Below, in pieces: positions 22,848 to 35,851 of a stretch of DNA of 64,000 bases. Location: positions 128,108 through 192,107 of the forward strand of contig JAAOMT010000283.1 of the NCBI GenBank assembly GCA_016748015.1. The letters are read 5' to 3'. The stretch's first letter is position 1. Each line of letters starts with the position of its first letter. The position numbers and the translations under genes are program-made. This DNA comes from Geosiphon pyriformis uo1. Its lineage: Eukaryota > Fungi > Glomeromycota. The notes beneath the pieces were generated by a model. It was not told where the DNA came from and made no database searches. It saw only the letters and a list, made by a program, of their open reading frames with translations.

Positions 22848-25800
22848 ATGTCAAGTGAACTTCGAACCGTCTTTCAAAAGTCCCATGCTTCAAGTAAGAA
22901 AGGATATAAATGTTAATCTAAAAATGTTAAAGTGGGGTTTTTGAGCCTTAAAGAAGTCTTTTCTTTATTCAATCACCTGCAACTGTTGCTATTTGCCTTG
23001 CTCACTTTATATATCCTTGATATGACTATTATGATTATAAATTCAAAGAAAAACCCGTGTTTGTTGCTTTTGTCACTGCCGGCTATCCGGACCCCAAAGA
23101 AACTGTTGATGTGTTGTTAGGATTGCAAGAGGGTGGAGTGGACATTATTGAACTCGGTAAGAGTATTCTAAACTAAAATGTTGTTCTCCCGATAATAAGG
23201 ATAATTCTTGATTTTGACTATTCTTTTTTGAATCATAGGTATCCCTTTCACTGACCCTCTTGCTGACGGCCCGGTTATTCAAGAGAGTAGCATGGTGTGT
23301 TGATCACTTTGGCCATGATAAAAGTTTTTCTTGTTGTTTTTCTTTATTAATTGATGAATTTAAATCTAGGTCGCTCTTGAGCACCAAGTTGATATACCGT
23401 TATGCTTTTCTTTCGTTGCACAAGCACGTGCACGTGGATTGACCATCCCAGTCATTTTTATGGGTTATTACAATCCAATATTAAGCTATGGCGAAGAAAA
23501 GATTGTGCAAGAGGGTGAAAAAGTAGGGATAAACGGGTTCATTGTAGTCGATCTACCCCCAGAGGAATCTGATCATTTTCGAAATATTTGTGCTCAACAT
23601 CGGTAAACCTGTTGAAATATTCAAGATTTTTTTTCGAAAAAACTTTCTCTTCAATTTGATTTTAATTTCCTCATTTCTACTCGGCATACTTTTACCTATT
23701 CATAAATGGGATTCACTTTCCAATCTCGGGAACTAGGCTCAGTTACGTTCCCTTGATCGCTCCCTCTACTACAGATGTTCGAATTCGTCACTTGTCACAT
23801 GTTGCAGATTCTTTTATTTATGTCGTATCAAGGATGGGTGTCACCGGTTCGAGGTCCACCATAAATACCGAATTACCAGATTTGATATCAAGAATAAGGA
23901 AGCACACCAATTTGCCACTTGCAGTTGGATTCGGTGTTTCCAACAAAGAGCATTTTGATCTGGTTGCCTCGCACGCAGATGGTGTAGTAATTGGCAGCAA
24001 GATTATTACAATTTTAAGAGAGGCTGGTATGTATCAAAATTTTTATTTGTTCCAAAAAATCTTTGACTCTTAGGGTTAATATTATTTTCGTTATCTCTTT
24101 ATAGAAAAAGGAAAATGTGGTGAGGTTGCTAAAAATTATGCAGCCCAAATATCCGGACTTACTCTAAATGGAAAAGGTAACCACGAAAAAAAATGAATTT
24201 TTTGAATTTTTATTCATCTATTTACAAATTAACCTCCCTTTGTCTTAGATGCGGGCATTAACAATAAAAAATTCACACCCCTCCTCAATAATACCAATGG
24301 TATGAACGGAAAACACACGGAAGAAAGCGAAGAGGATATCAAAGTTTGTGTCTATCCCATCATCATCAACCATTTTCAAAAGTTTTTTCTCACTTATGTC
24401 TGTCAAGGCAGCAGCTATTCATAAACTTGATCCTCGATTTGGAGACTTCGGAGGACAATACGTTCCAGAGTCATTAGTCGATTGTTTGGTAGAACTAGAG
24501 AAAGTGAGTTTGGTTAAAGGAATTGGGTGTTCTTTTTTTTCGAATTTTCAATTTACCTTATTTTTTCACCATTCCTTGCTATTTTAGGCCTATATAGGTG
24601 CCAAAGATGATCCGGAATTTTGGAAAGAATTTAGATCATATTATGATTATATAGGTCGAGAATCCCAACTCCAATTTGCCGATCGATTGACTGCAGAAGC
24701 TGGAGGTGCACGTATTTGGTTGAAAAGAGAAGATTTGAATCATACCGGCTCACATAAAATTAACAATGCTCTTGGACAGGTATTATTTTTCGGTCACTTT
24801 AAAGAAATTAATTTCATTCAAAACCGCTTAAAGGTCTTCCTGGTTACTAGGTCTTACTCGCGAAACGACTTGGTAAAAAACGTATAATTGCTGAAACAGG
24901 CGCCGGACAGCATGGTGTGGCAACGGCAACTGTGTGTGCCAAATTCAATTTAGAGTGTATCGTATACATGGGAAGTGAAGATGTTCGTCGTCAGGCGTTA
25001 AACGTTTTTCGAATGCGGTTAATGGGGGCTACTGTGGTTCCTGTTGACTCCGGTTAGTTTTTTGTTTAATGACAATTCGGGAAAATTATTTCAGGCAAGA
25101 AATCTTGGTCTTTATTTTAATCATCAAACGATTCTCTTAAACAGGTAGTAAAACCCTGAAAGATGCCATTAATGAGGCAATGCGTGATTGGGTTACTAAT
25201 GTAGCTACGACACATTATCTGGTCGGTTCTGCTATTGGACCTCATCCTTTCCCAAAAATTGTGCGCGAATTTCAATCAATAATCGGGAAAGAAGCTCGTG
25301 AGCAGATGCTTAAAAAAGCCGGAAAATTACCTGATGTAATAATTGCCTGTGTTGGTGGTGGAAGTAATTCTATCGGATTATTTCATCCTTTTGTTAATGA
25401 CAAAAACGTTCGAATTATTGGTGTTGAAGCTGCTGGGGAAGGTAGAATTGTTTTTAGCTTGATATTTTTAACCCATTTGTCTGGTTCTTAAAATTAATAC
25501 AATCAATGTTACTTCGCCAGGAACAAACACTTTAAATCATTCTGCTACTTTGGCAGTTGGTACTCCCGGTGTATTACATGGTACCCGAACTTATTTATTA
25601 CAAGATGAAAAGGGTCAAATTCTGGCAACACATAGTATTAGTGCCGGCTTGGATTATCCGGGTGTAGGTCCAGAGCATGCTTTTTTAAAGGATAGTGGCC
25701 GTGCAGAATATATCGCAGTTACCGATGCCCAAGCATTAATTGGATTTCGAAAAATGTCAGAATTAGAAGGAATCATTCCTGGTAAGAGAAGAATTCTTGT

Positions 25801-26024
25801 TATCAATTTTTATTTTCACATTCTTCTAAATAATTTTCGTCATTACAGCCTTGGAAACGAGTCATGCAATATACCATACTCTTGAACTTGCAAAGACAAT
25901 GAAGCCCGATCATGATATTCTTTTGAATGTAAGTGGAAGAGGAGATAAAGATGTACAATCGGTCGCCGAAGCCCTGCCGAAATTTGGACCGCAAATCGGA
26001 TGGGATTTAAGGTTCACTGAATAA
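22848..26024 (+). CDS. TRP5: Tryptophan synthase, fungal alpha-beta fusion, multi-exon
   Basis: Alpha: [49 protein letters not shown]. Beta: [66 protein letters not shown]. Ends WDLRFTE*. GT-AG introns. Confidence 0.97.
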
Positions 26025-26352
26025 CTTATTAGGGTGAAATTGTAATATAAGCAAAAAAAGCATGTTATTGAAGCCAAAAAATTATTATAAACGAAATTAA
26101 TGAATTAAAAGTAAACAAAAATTTAACAAATATGTTTATAATAAAATTTTATACAATGTATAAAATGTTAATGTTATAACAAAGTTTTGTTTTTATATTA
26201 ATAATTTGTAGATAATAAAAATTATATTTTTTATTATGCTTTATTAAGTATAGTTTAACTGCTCCTACATACAAAATATAAATATTGTAGCTTAAAATGA
26301 AAATAAAAGTATTAAATTTTAATTATTTAAATACATAATTTTGTTTTTAATA

Positions 26353-26619
26353 TCAGTCCGTCATAGGGTGTATCTTTAGTCGATTTCCGCAATTTAGGTT
26401 TTGATCGTGGTATTTTGGTTAGCTTAGATCTAGAGGTTCCTTTATCGTTATTGTCGTTTGGATTTTGCAGCGGCGACTGTGCCTCTAACATCATAAGTGT
26501 GTAGTGTTGCCTTGATTGGCCCGAATGGCTGGTCACGTGTATAAAAAGCATGAGCCTCACTTATTTTAGAATCCTACGTGATTATATTGTAATAGGTAGT
26601 GGTCGTTAAATAAAAAAAA
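26353..26619 (+). mobile_element. Short 5'-truncated LINE 3' end (ORF2 C-terminus, 3' UTR, A tail)
   Basis: ...NIISV* followed by TGTTGCCTTGATTGGCCCGAATGGCTGGTCACGTGTATAAAAAGCATGAG...CGTTAAATAAAAAAAA, homologous to the 3' ends at 42479-42620 and 51721-51857. Confidence 0.75.
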
Positions 26620-26803
26620 CATATTTAGAATAAAAATTTAATTGAAATAATTAATTATAAACTATTTTGTTAAAATTCAAAAAAATATTTATTTAAATAA
26701 TATAAATAATTCAATTAAATGAATTGAAAATATTGAAATTTTTTTTTAATTATATTAATATTATACTGATTATTTAAATTATTTTTACATAAATATGAAT
26801 GCT

Positions 26804-26897
26804 TTATTAAATGTAATTCAACCATATTTTACTTGTACATATTCTATAATAAACGTGGTTCATGCACTTTTTACACATGAGCAGCCACCCGATTAAA
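26804..26897 (-). mobile_element. LINE 3' UTR fragment
   Basis: Reverse complement GGGTGGCTGCTCATGTGTAAAAAGTGCATGAACCACG matches the family 3' UTR core. Confidence 0.6.
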
Positions 26898-27574
26898 TTA
26901 ATAATCAATATAATCCGATCTATTTATTTTTTAATTTAATTTCTTGAAAAGTTATTTAAAGATTGATTTTTAACAGATTATTATTGTAAAAAGTATTATG
27001 TAAAATTCATACATTGGTAATTTTTAAAATAAGATATAATCAATTAATGTGTTTTTATAATTTTATTAATACAGTTTCCTTATAGTTAATCAAGTCTCAA
27101 AACCATAGAAATAGTAAGAGAATATTTGAATTAATTATATATTTTGTGATAAATATTTATCATCAATATAAATGTTAATAATATGTTATGTTTAATGAGC
27201 AAGAAGTGAAGATTATGGTTAATGAGCAACATGGCGTGATAGAAGTTAAATCTACAACAGTTCGTTAATGACTGCGAAAAACAGTTAAAAAAGCAAAACA
27301 AGATATACAATAAATGTAGTTGACATTACAGCAATATAACTATAACAACGATTAAAGTCACACAACACTTTTGTAAGGCTGGAAAAATTTTGTTAAAATT
27401 TTTATTTTTGACATTCTTTATCAAGCGAAAGTAATCGTAAAGTATTTTTTATGACTCTTACCACTATCAGTTGAAAAGAATAGATAAAAGGCAAAGGTAA
27501 TTCTCAACGCAAATAACACATCAATACCTATTATATACGATGTTCTGAAATAAATTTCTACATATTCGAATGAA

Positions 27575-29341
27575 CTATAATAAATCTTGAACATTCATCG
27601 GCATTTCGTCAATTTGTGTGCTATAATATTGTTCAATGTCTCTAAGAATTCGTACATCCTCCGATGTCACAAAATTGATAGCAACACCTTAAGGCAAAGG
27701 TGAAAATTAATAATTTCCTCATATAAATAAGAAAAAAATCCGAAGAGTTTATTTACCTTTGCGACCAAAACGTCCTGACCGACCGATTCGATGGATATAA
27801 AGCTCACGATTACTGGGCAAATCATAATTTATGCTAATTTATAATACAAAAAAGACAATATTTAGCAATTTTAAAAGATGGCAAATCATTAGTAAATTAG
27901 CACTACATACACTAAAGAAACTTGCTGCACATCGATTCCACGGGCCCAAACATCGGTTGTAATCAATACTCGGCTGAAGCAAAGTCAAGTTTATAAGTTA
28001 AAATGAGATCAAAACAGAATAGAATCAACTAAAAAAATTAATCGTGGACAAACCTGGCTCCTTGTCGGAAATCTTGCATAATAGCATCTCGCTCCTTTTG
28101 AGGCATATCACCATGCATTGAAGAAACTGTGAAATTTGCTTCTCGCATTTTATCAGTTAACCAATCTACCTATTCGTTTAATTATAAAACTTTAGCCACA
28201 ATTATAAAGCGTTAAATATCACAAAGCCGAAATTTCCCTACCTTTCGACGCGTATTACAAAAAATAACAGCCTGGGTGATAGTCAATGTATCATAAAGAT
28301 CACACAACGTATCAAATTTCCATTCTTCACGCTCCACAGCAACAAAAAATTGTTTAATCCCTTCTAATGTCAATTCGTCACGTTTAACCAGAATTCGAAT
28401 TGGTTCCGTCATGAACTTTGTCGTCATTTCCAGGACATCATATGGCAAAGTAGCGCTTAATAATACCACTTGTGTATTTGGTGGTAGATAACGATAAACA
28501 TCGTATATCTGGTCTTTGAACCCTCTATTTAATAATTCATCTGCCTCATCTAAAACCAGCATCTTGATATGACGAGTCCGCAAGTTACGACGTCGTATCA
28601 TATCAAATACACGGCCGGGAGTACCAGAAACTACATGCTGTCCGTGGTCAAGTTTACGAATGTCCTCACCAATACTTGTACCGCCGATACAAGCGTGACA
28701 TTGAACATTCATATAATCACCCAGCGCCAGAATCACACTCTGAATTTGGGTGGCCAATTCCCTCGTTGGAGATAATATAAGAGCTTGTGTCTCCCGAATT
28801 GTAGTGTCGATGCATTGTAAAATTGATATGGAAAAGGTAGCCGTTTTACCAGTACCTGACTGTGCTTGGGCTATCACATCGCGGCCTTTCATTATTGGAA
28901 CGATAGCCCTTTGTTGAATGGCCGAAGGCTTTTCAAAGTCTTTTTTTACAAATAAAATAATTAAGCACTATTTCAGCGAAACTCACTTGAGCATTACATT
29001 TATATCTGAAGAAGTACTAACTGTAGGCATAGATCCCTCTCAACAAGTCTTCTTTTAACCCAATTGAATCGAAAGTAGGTACCCTTTAATGAAAAAATGG
29101 TGAATAACAAAAATCAGAAAAAAAATGTTTTTGACCGTGACAAATGTAAAACTTGCAATTTTATATAAAATCAAACACAAAATTACACTTTGACATCTTC
29201 ACTAGTCTCAAACACGAGTTTTTCGTCAGCTTTTCTGTCAAACTAGAGTAAAAAAATGGCCATAAGCGAGAACAGTAGAGTGTAGATCAAACTGTGAAAA
29301 AAAGACCGCTTTTACTTTCAAAAACTTACTCCAAGAGCCAT
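27575..29341 (-). CDS. FAL1: DEAD-box helicase eIF4A-III (exon-junction complex) / Fal1
   Basis: [54 protein letters not shown]-terminus [11 protein letters not shown]. Multi-exon, starts MALG. Confidence 0.95.
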
Positions 29342-29589
29342 TTCACTTGGTTTACGGGAGCGAGACGTTAGATAATGTGATGTAGATGCTAGATCATCAT
29401 TTTATACTTTTTATAGAATAGTATAATTCTCTCCACACCTCTAGCGTCACAACGTGACTTTATCTTGTGGCATTTAATAACAATATTCGCGTTTACACAG
29501 TGCAGTCAGTATTGTTTCCCTCCTATAATATTTTTGGCAACCTTTAAACTGTTCCTAGTCATTAACTTCTTTAATAGCTGGCATCTAAT
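29342..29589. promoter_or_regulatory. Short bidirectional promoter between FAL1 and POL32
   Basis: 248 bp between divergent ATGs. Palindrome GTCAC-AAC-GTGAC at 29446-29458 and TTCGCGTTT at about 29486. Confidence 0.6.
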
Positions 29590-31495
29590 ATGTCTTCAAC
29601 TGGCTATTTAGAAGTTCTTAACACGCTTGTATTTGACGAAAATCGAGTCGTAAGTTTTTGAATATATTAATCCTTTTGTTGCCGGTGACGCGTTTTTTTT
29701 GGAATTCCTTGATTCACAAAATAGATTTTACAATTGAAGTTGAAATTTTCATTTCTCTAAATTTTCAACAGGTTACCTTCAAGTTTCTTAGCAGGCGTCT
29801 TGGAGTTGATGTGAATCTCGCAAAACAGTAACGGATTTTATTCATGTCCGTCATTTTCACAAAAGCAAATTATATTACCTAAATCAATATTTTTTTATGA
29901 TAGAATTCTTTTTGAGTTCACTAACGCAAAATCATTTCCTGGACAAAGTATACATTCGATCTTTTGTATTTGTGGAATTTCTCAGGATGATCAGAAATTG
30001 GTTACTCTAGTACCTCAAGAAGAACTTGAAGGTACGCAACTTCGATCTAATATTTAACTAAACCGAATAACTAATTGAAGACTTACAATTCTTATTTCAG
30101 CTTTCAAAAGCACTTTCAAAGTTCTCACTAGCGTTCATGTGTACAGTGTTCAACCGTGTCGACCAAAAGTCAGTGGAAAAGTTTTTTATTAATAAAGCAA
30201 GATACTTTGTATACAGGACTCGATTTTTATTAACATTTTCATCTTTGCAAGGATTCATCTGTCTTTGTTGCACCCAATCGAGAGAAACCCGAAGTTGTGA
30301 AAGAGCTACCAATGTAAGAAAATTAAGTACGAATGTACCTTAGATCCTGGGCGTCTCATGGGGCTGAATTAATGTTATCAATCCTTTATACGTACAAGAT
30401 GCGGAATAATTAGGAATAAAACTATTACCTTGAAAGAAAAGTTCCTTCCTCACCAAGATACTCCACAAGATTTTCAAACTGCTGCAAATGCAGAAATCAA
30501 AAATTCCCAACCCCTTGACATGTCAAAATCAAAAGCAGAAGCCCCAAAAAAGTCAGAATTATCAAAACCTTCATACAAACTTCAAAGTTCGACACAAACT
30601 TCGAGAGAATCGAACCTCCCAGCTAAAAAGAAATCATCAGTAGAGGCTCAAAAGAAAAACTTGCAATCTCATAAAAACTCTATCAAAAAAGCCAACGAGA
30701 AGCATGAAAATTCATTTTTTGGCAAAGTGGCTGATAATAAAAAAAAGTCTAAACAAATCAAGGAAATATCCCAGAAAAAATCCAATAAGCCTGACATAAA
30801 AATTTCAGGAAAGCCTCCGCGTAAAAGAGTGATTATTGATGCTTCAGGTAAATCTTTGGTTAAAATATTGAAAATATTTAATATAGTTTGAATTAACGCG
30901 TTATTTTAAAATAACAGAGGAAGATGATGATGATGATGAGGAGCAAGATTTTAAATTGGCTGCAACGAATGATCCAATAATGGAAGAGCAAGTTTCAGTT
31001 TTAGGGGATGTTCAAACTAATAATTTTAAGATGGAGGAGGCATTACCACATTTTGAAGACTCTGTAGATAATATGGATATAGATGATGATGAAAATTTCA
31101 AAAACCCCAAAGAGACTCGGATAAATTCATTAACACCCCAATCACCACAAGAAGCACTTAAAGGTCGACGTGGTAAACGAAAGGTCGCCAAGCAAAAAAT
31201 CACCAAAAATGTCAAGGGATATAGAGGTATGTTTCGATCTGATGATGTATTTAGTAACTAACATACAATCAAACTGATCTAATAAGTAATTGCAATAGTT
31301 GTTGAAGATGTATATGAATGGGAATCCTATTCTGAAGATGAAGCCCCACAACCAACCTTCAAAATAGAACATAAAAAAGTAGAACGCCCCACTAAACAAA
31401 AAGCCGAAGTCGGAGATGCGCCTAAAAGAAGTGGCAAAAAAAAGAATCTTCCCACTGCACAGTCGGACTTGTTGGCCTTTTTTGGGAAAAAATAA
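29590..31495 (+). CDS. POL32: DNA polymerase delta subunit 3 (Pol32/Cdc27/POLD3)
   Basis: N-terminus VVTFKFLSRRLGVDVNLAKQILFEF, HVYSVQP, Lys-rich linker, RRGKRKV..KGYR/VVEDVYEWESYSE, and C-terminal PIP box QSDLLAFFGKK*. Confidence 0.88.
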
Positions 31496-31748
31496 GTGCC
31501 GTATATATTAATTTACCTTGATATAAAATTAAATTTCCTGGATATTCTATATTGTGTTATAATAATAATAATAATAATAATAATAAGTGAACCTTCATAA
31601 AATAACTACTAAAGATGTATTATTAAGAAATTGTGATTTAAAAAATTGCAGAATCAACACTTACCTCACGTTAAAAACTGTAGATATTCTTAATTTGATG
31701 ACTTCGTTGATTAAATGATTTTAATATTTGGGTGTACATATCACTGAA

Positions 31749-32228
31749 CTATGAAAAGGAAACGAATTTTGGATCTCGCGGGACACCAGTTTGTGGATCG
31801 ATATTATTGGTTTTAAATTTCCTTTGTTGTCTTAAGAGCCGGGCTTGATCAAATGGGATACCTTCTTCTTGTATGATCCGTTTGATCTCATCCGAATCAT
31901 CGAGCCCGGAACGTTCATCCCCCTGATTCAAATTTTGCTGAAGATCGAAAGTCTCAGATGTGAGTCCATTCTCAATGTCTTGCTCGAACGAGTTGGAGAA
32001 GAATGCAGGTAGTGGTTGGTATCTTTTTTTCAGGTAGGGTATTCTGGGGAGAATTACTGGAAGAATGCGAGCTCGATAATAATATAAACCTATTGATTAG
32101 GAAAAGAGATTATTTTTGAGGTTCCTAAATCATTTCAACGTTGAGGGTATGGAATACAAAATAACAAAGAGATATGTACCAAAACCTAAGAGTACCAAAA
32201 AAAACGAAATAACTCTGATTTCTACCAT
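31749..32228 (-). CDS. DUF2015 / UPF0357 family small fungal protein (2 exons)
   Basis: Hydrophobic N-terminus MVEIRVISFFLVLLGFG, then SFEQDIENGLTSETFDL..N..GDERSGLD..FDQARL..NNIDPQTGVPRDPKFVSFS*. Confidence 0.85.
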
Positions 32229-32449
32229 TACGTAAAATAATCTTAATGATTTGGGTATAGAAAAACAATAACAATTATAAATAGGCCAGCCAAGCACTAT
32301 GTAAAAGTCAAAACTTCGAGGTAAGCAAGTTAGTTGTTGGTAAAGCTCAGATTTTCAGTAATGGGTTGGCTTTTTGTTCTTTTATTCCAAGAAGTGAATG
32401 GTTGGAGAAACGGAGTTTTTTTAATTAAAAATTTTCAATGATAAGCTGA

Positions 32450-35400
32450 TCTCGGAATAAATTTAGTTCATTTAAATAAATTTATTTTTTAATACCTGAA
32501 TTGTTCTATAATTTTTGATTTGGTTATTTGTTTAATAAAAAATTTATTATAATAATTATAATAAAATTGTTTTTTTTATTAAAACTGCAACTTTTTGTCT
32601 TAAATTACAATTAATTAAAAGTTTTAAAACTTGGAAATATTTTTTTTAAATTGTTTTATTACCAATTAATTATAAAGTATATAATACTATATGTATCTAT
32701 TTTTTAACTTATAAACATGTATTTAATTTTATTAATATTTTTTATTAAAATTATATAAGCAATTATTATTAATTAATTTAGTTTTTTAAATTTTATTGTT
32801 ATTTTTATTTTTATTGTAAAAATTATATACATTTAAAATATAATATAAAAAACATTTTATTTTATTATTTACAATTTTAATGTTTTTAAGCTTTTATAAA
32901 AATAAATTCTTTTAGTAAAATTGTGTAAAATTATTATAATTTTATAATAATATATTTATATTTAATAATATTAATTTTTTAAGTTTAAAAAAAATTATAA
33001 ATTTATTTAAACATGTTTTTATTAATTTTTAAAATTATTTATAATAAAAGCATTTATTTCAAATATTTAATTCTAATTTATTTATTTTAAAAAAAATATT
33101 GTGTTATTTCTTTTTTTTATTAATCTTCAAACAACAAAAAAAGCAAAAAAATATCTTTTTTAGTTTCTATTTTAACCTATTTTTATTAACACATTTTTTG
33201 CTTATAAAGCTAAACACTATAAATATTATTACCATTAATATAATTAAAAAAAAATAAAAGAAAAACTTGTTCTAATATAAAAAAATACTTCTAAATATAT
33301 TTCTGGTAAAACAAACAAAATGACCAAAAAACTTGGTATTAAAATATTAATATTAAATATTTTGCTATATTAAACATAAAAATAATTAAGTCTAATAAAA
33401 TTTTTAAGTTTATGTTTTAGAATAGTAAAGTTAATAACTTTTATAATAATATTAATAGAAAGTTTTATTAATAAAAAAATTGTAAATACTTTTAAAATTA
33501 TTATAAGTAATAATAATATTCTTAATTTTTTTTGTTTAAAAAAATAAAAACTTTTGTTTAGTTTTTATAAAAAAAATCGTGTTTAATTTTGTAAAGTTAT
33601 ATGTATTAAATAATAATCAATTAATAATAATAATAATCAATTTAAAAACAATTTAAAAATCATTAAAAAAATTTTTATCAAATAAATAAGTTTAAAAAAC
33701 TTCTATTTTCCTGAAATTTTAAAAGATTATTTGTTTTATATTTATATTTAAATTGAATTTAAACAAAATAAAAACATTAATTATAATAATAAAATTAACT
33801 TTTTTTAAATTTAATAAAATAATATTAATTAAATTACAACTTATTAGTTTATAATAAAAAACTATAATAAAATTTGCTAATTATAAAATTATTAAGTTAA
33901 TTATATTTAAATAGTTTGTTCTAATTAAAAAAATTTGGTATATATAACAAAAGCAAATATTATTAAACAAATATAGCTTTTAAAAAATTAATAACACGTA
34001 TTTTTTATATTTTACTAATAAACATAATAGTTTATAATCTTCTTGGTTTTTTAATTTTATATAATAAAAAATCATATATAATTAATTAAAATTTTGTGTT
34101 TTACAATTATATTATTTTTTATATATTTTACCAAGTAATTTTTGATATTATAAACTTAGTACTTTTTTTAATTAATTAATAATTTTACAAATACAATAAA
34201 ATAACAAAAAAAAATAAAAATAAAAAAATAAAAAAGATTAAAATCTTATTAATAATTATAATTAAGAGCTATTATTTTATAAATAAAATTTTTTAATGAA
34301 TGTAATTAATATTTGTGTTTTAAATTATAACAAAAATAAATAATAAATAAATTTATAATAGGTATTATTAGTTATATATAATTTGAATTAATTAAAATAT
34401 AATTATGATTTTTATTAATTATTTTAAATAATAAATATTTAACTATTAAAATAAATTTTTAAAAAAAAGATTAATATTAAAAAAAGTAATTTTTTTGTTT
34501 TTAAAGCTATTATTATATATATCTAAATTTTTAGTAATTTTTATGTTTTTTTTAAATTATTGTTAAAATTTTTAGAATTTTTTTTGGTATTTATAAAATT
34601 CTTAATAATATATTTATTTTTTAATACCTTATATATAATTAGTTAATTTATGTTATAATTAATAATTGTTTTTGTTTTTTTATTATTCTATAAATAATAA
34701 TGATTTTTGTTTTCAAAAATATAAATTTGTGTTAAATTAATTTGTTTTGTTTTTTTGTATTAAGTATAAACAGATTAAATATTTTGTTATTTTGTTAAAA
34801 AGTTTTTAACTAGATTAAAATATATATTATTAAAATTACTAAGTAATAATTAGTATTATTACTTATAAAATAATAAGAAAAACAATTAGTAATTAAATAT
34901 AATATAAAAATAGTTAATAATTTATTAAAAATTATCAAATAACATAATAACAAAAATTTTAATAATAATTTAAATAAAATATAAAAATAATTAAAAATTT
35001 ATGTATATATAATAATAATATTAAAAACAAAAAAATAACAATTTTCTTATTAAATTTTATTAAATAATTTTAGCAATTAAAAATTTAATATTTAAGTAAA
35101 ATTTATTCTAATAAAAATTACAAACTAATTATTTATTATTCAAATTTTATGACTTAAATTTTATCTTATTTAAAATTATTTATTATTATTTAATGTTAAT
35201 AATATTAATTTACAGAATCTAACAATATTAAAACAATAGTTTTTAATTATAACTATTAAAAAAATATTAATTTTACTTTATTATTTTTTTGTTTTGTTTA
35301 TTTGTTTTATTAATTGATTAAAAAAAAATATTAAAATTATAATATTATAAATTTTTTAATAAAAACACAAAAATAAGTATAAACTTAATTAAATTACTTA

Positions 35401-35850
35401 CCAAAAAAACAAAAACACTAGAATAAACTAGTTATTATATTAAAAAAAACTAAATATTAAGTATTATTTATTATTATTAATAAATTTTTGTTTATTATAC
35501 AAAAAATTCAACCAATTTAAAATCTGTAAATACAAAAATTTTCAAATTATATTATTAATTAACAGCATTAATTTATATTAATATATTATAAAATTATTTA
35601 TAACAACATATATATATGTTAAAAAACAGATTTTATTGTTTTTTTGTTTTTTTTAATAAAAAAATTTGGGTTTAGATTGTTAAAAATACTGTTTTTTGGT
35701 TTTTTTAATATTATATACAATTTTAGTTTATTTACAAATATTAAATTTTTTTGTTTATTTTAAAAATTTAAAATTATAATTTGTTAATTTAAAATACAGT
35801 TTTATTATTTTTATAAACAGATTAATAGTTAATAAAAAGATTATATACCA
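32450..35850. repeat. AT desert: fully eroded transposon relics including an LTR ghost (about 35270-35550)
   Basis: About 90% AT. AAATTTTTGTTTATTATACAAAAAAATTCAACC at 35483 onward matches LTR AAATTTCTGTTTATTATACAAAGAACTTCACAACC (257-291). Confidence 0.7.
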
Positions 35851-35851
35851 C

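Noticed and set aside
22848-26024. Possible horizontally acquired bacterial trpAB
   Set aside because: Alpha-beta fusion order and many spliceosomal introns are the standard fungal TRP5 form.
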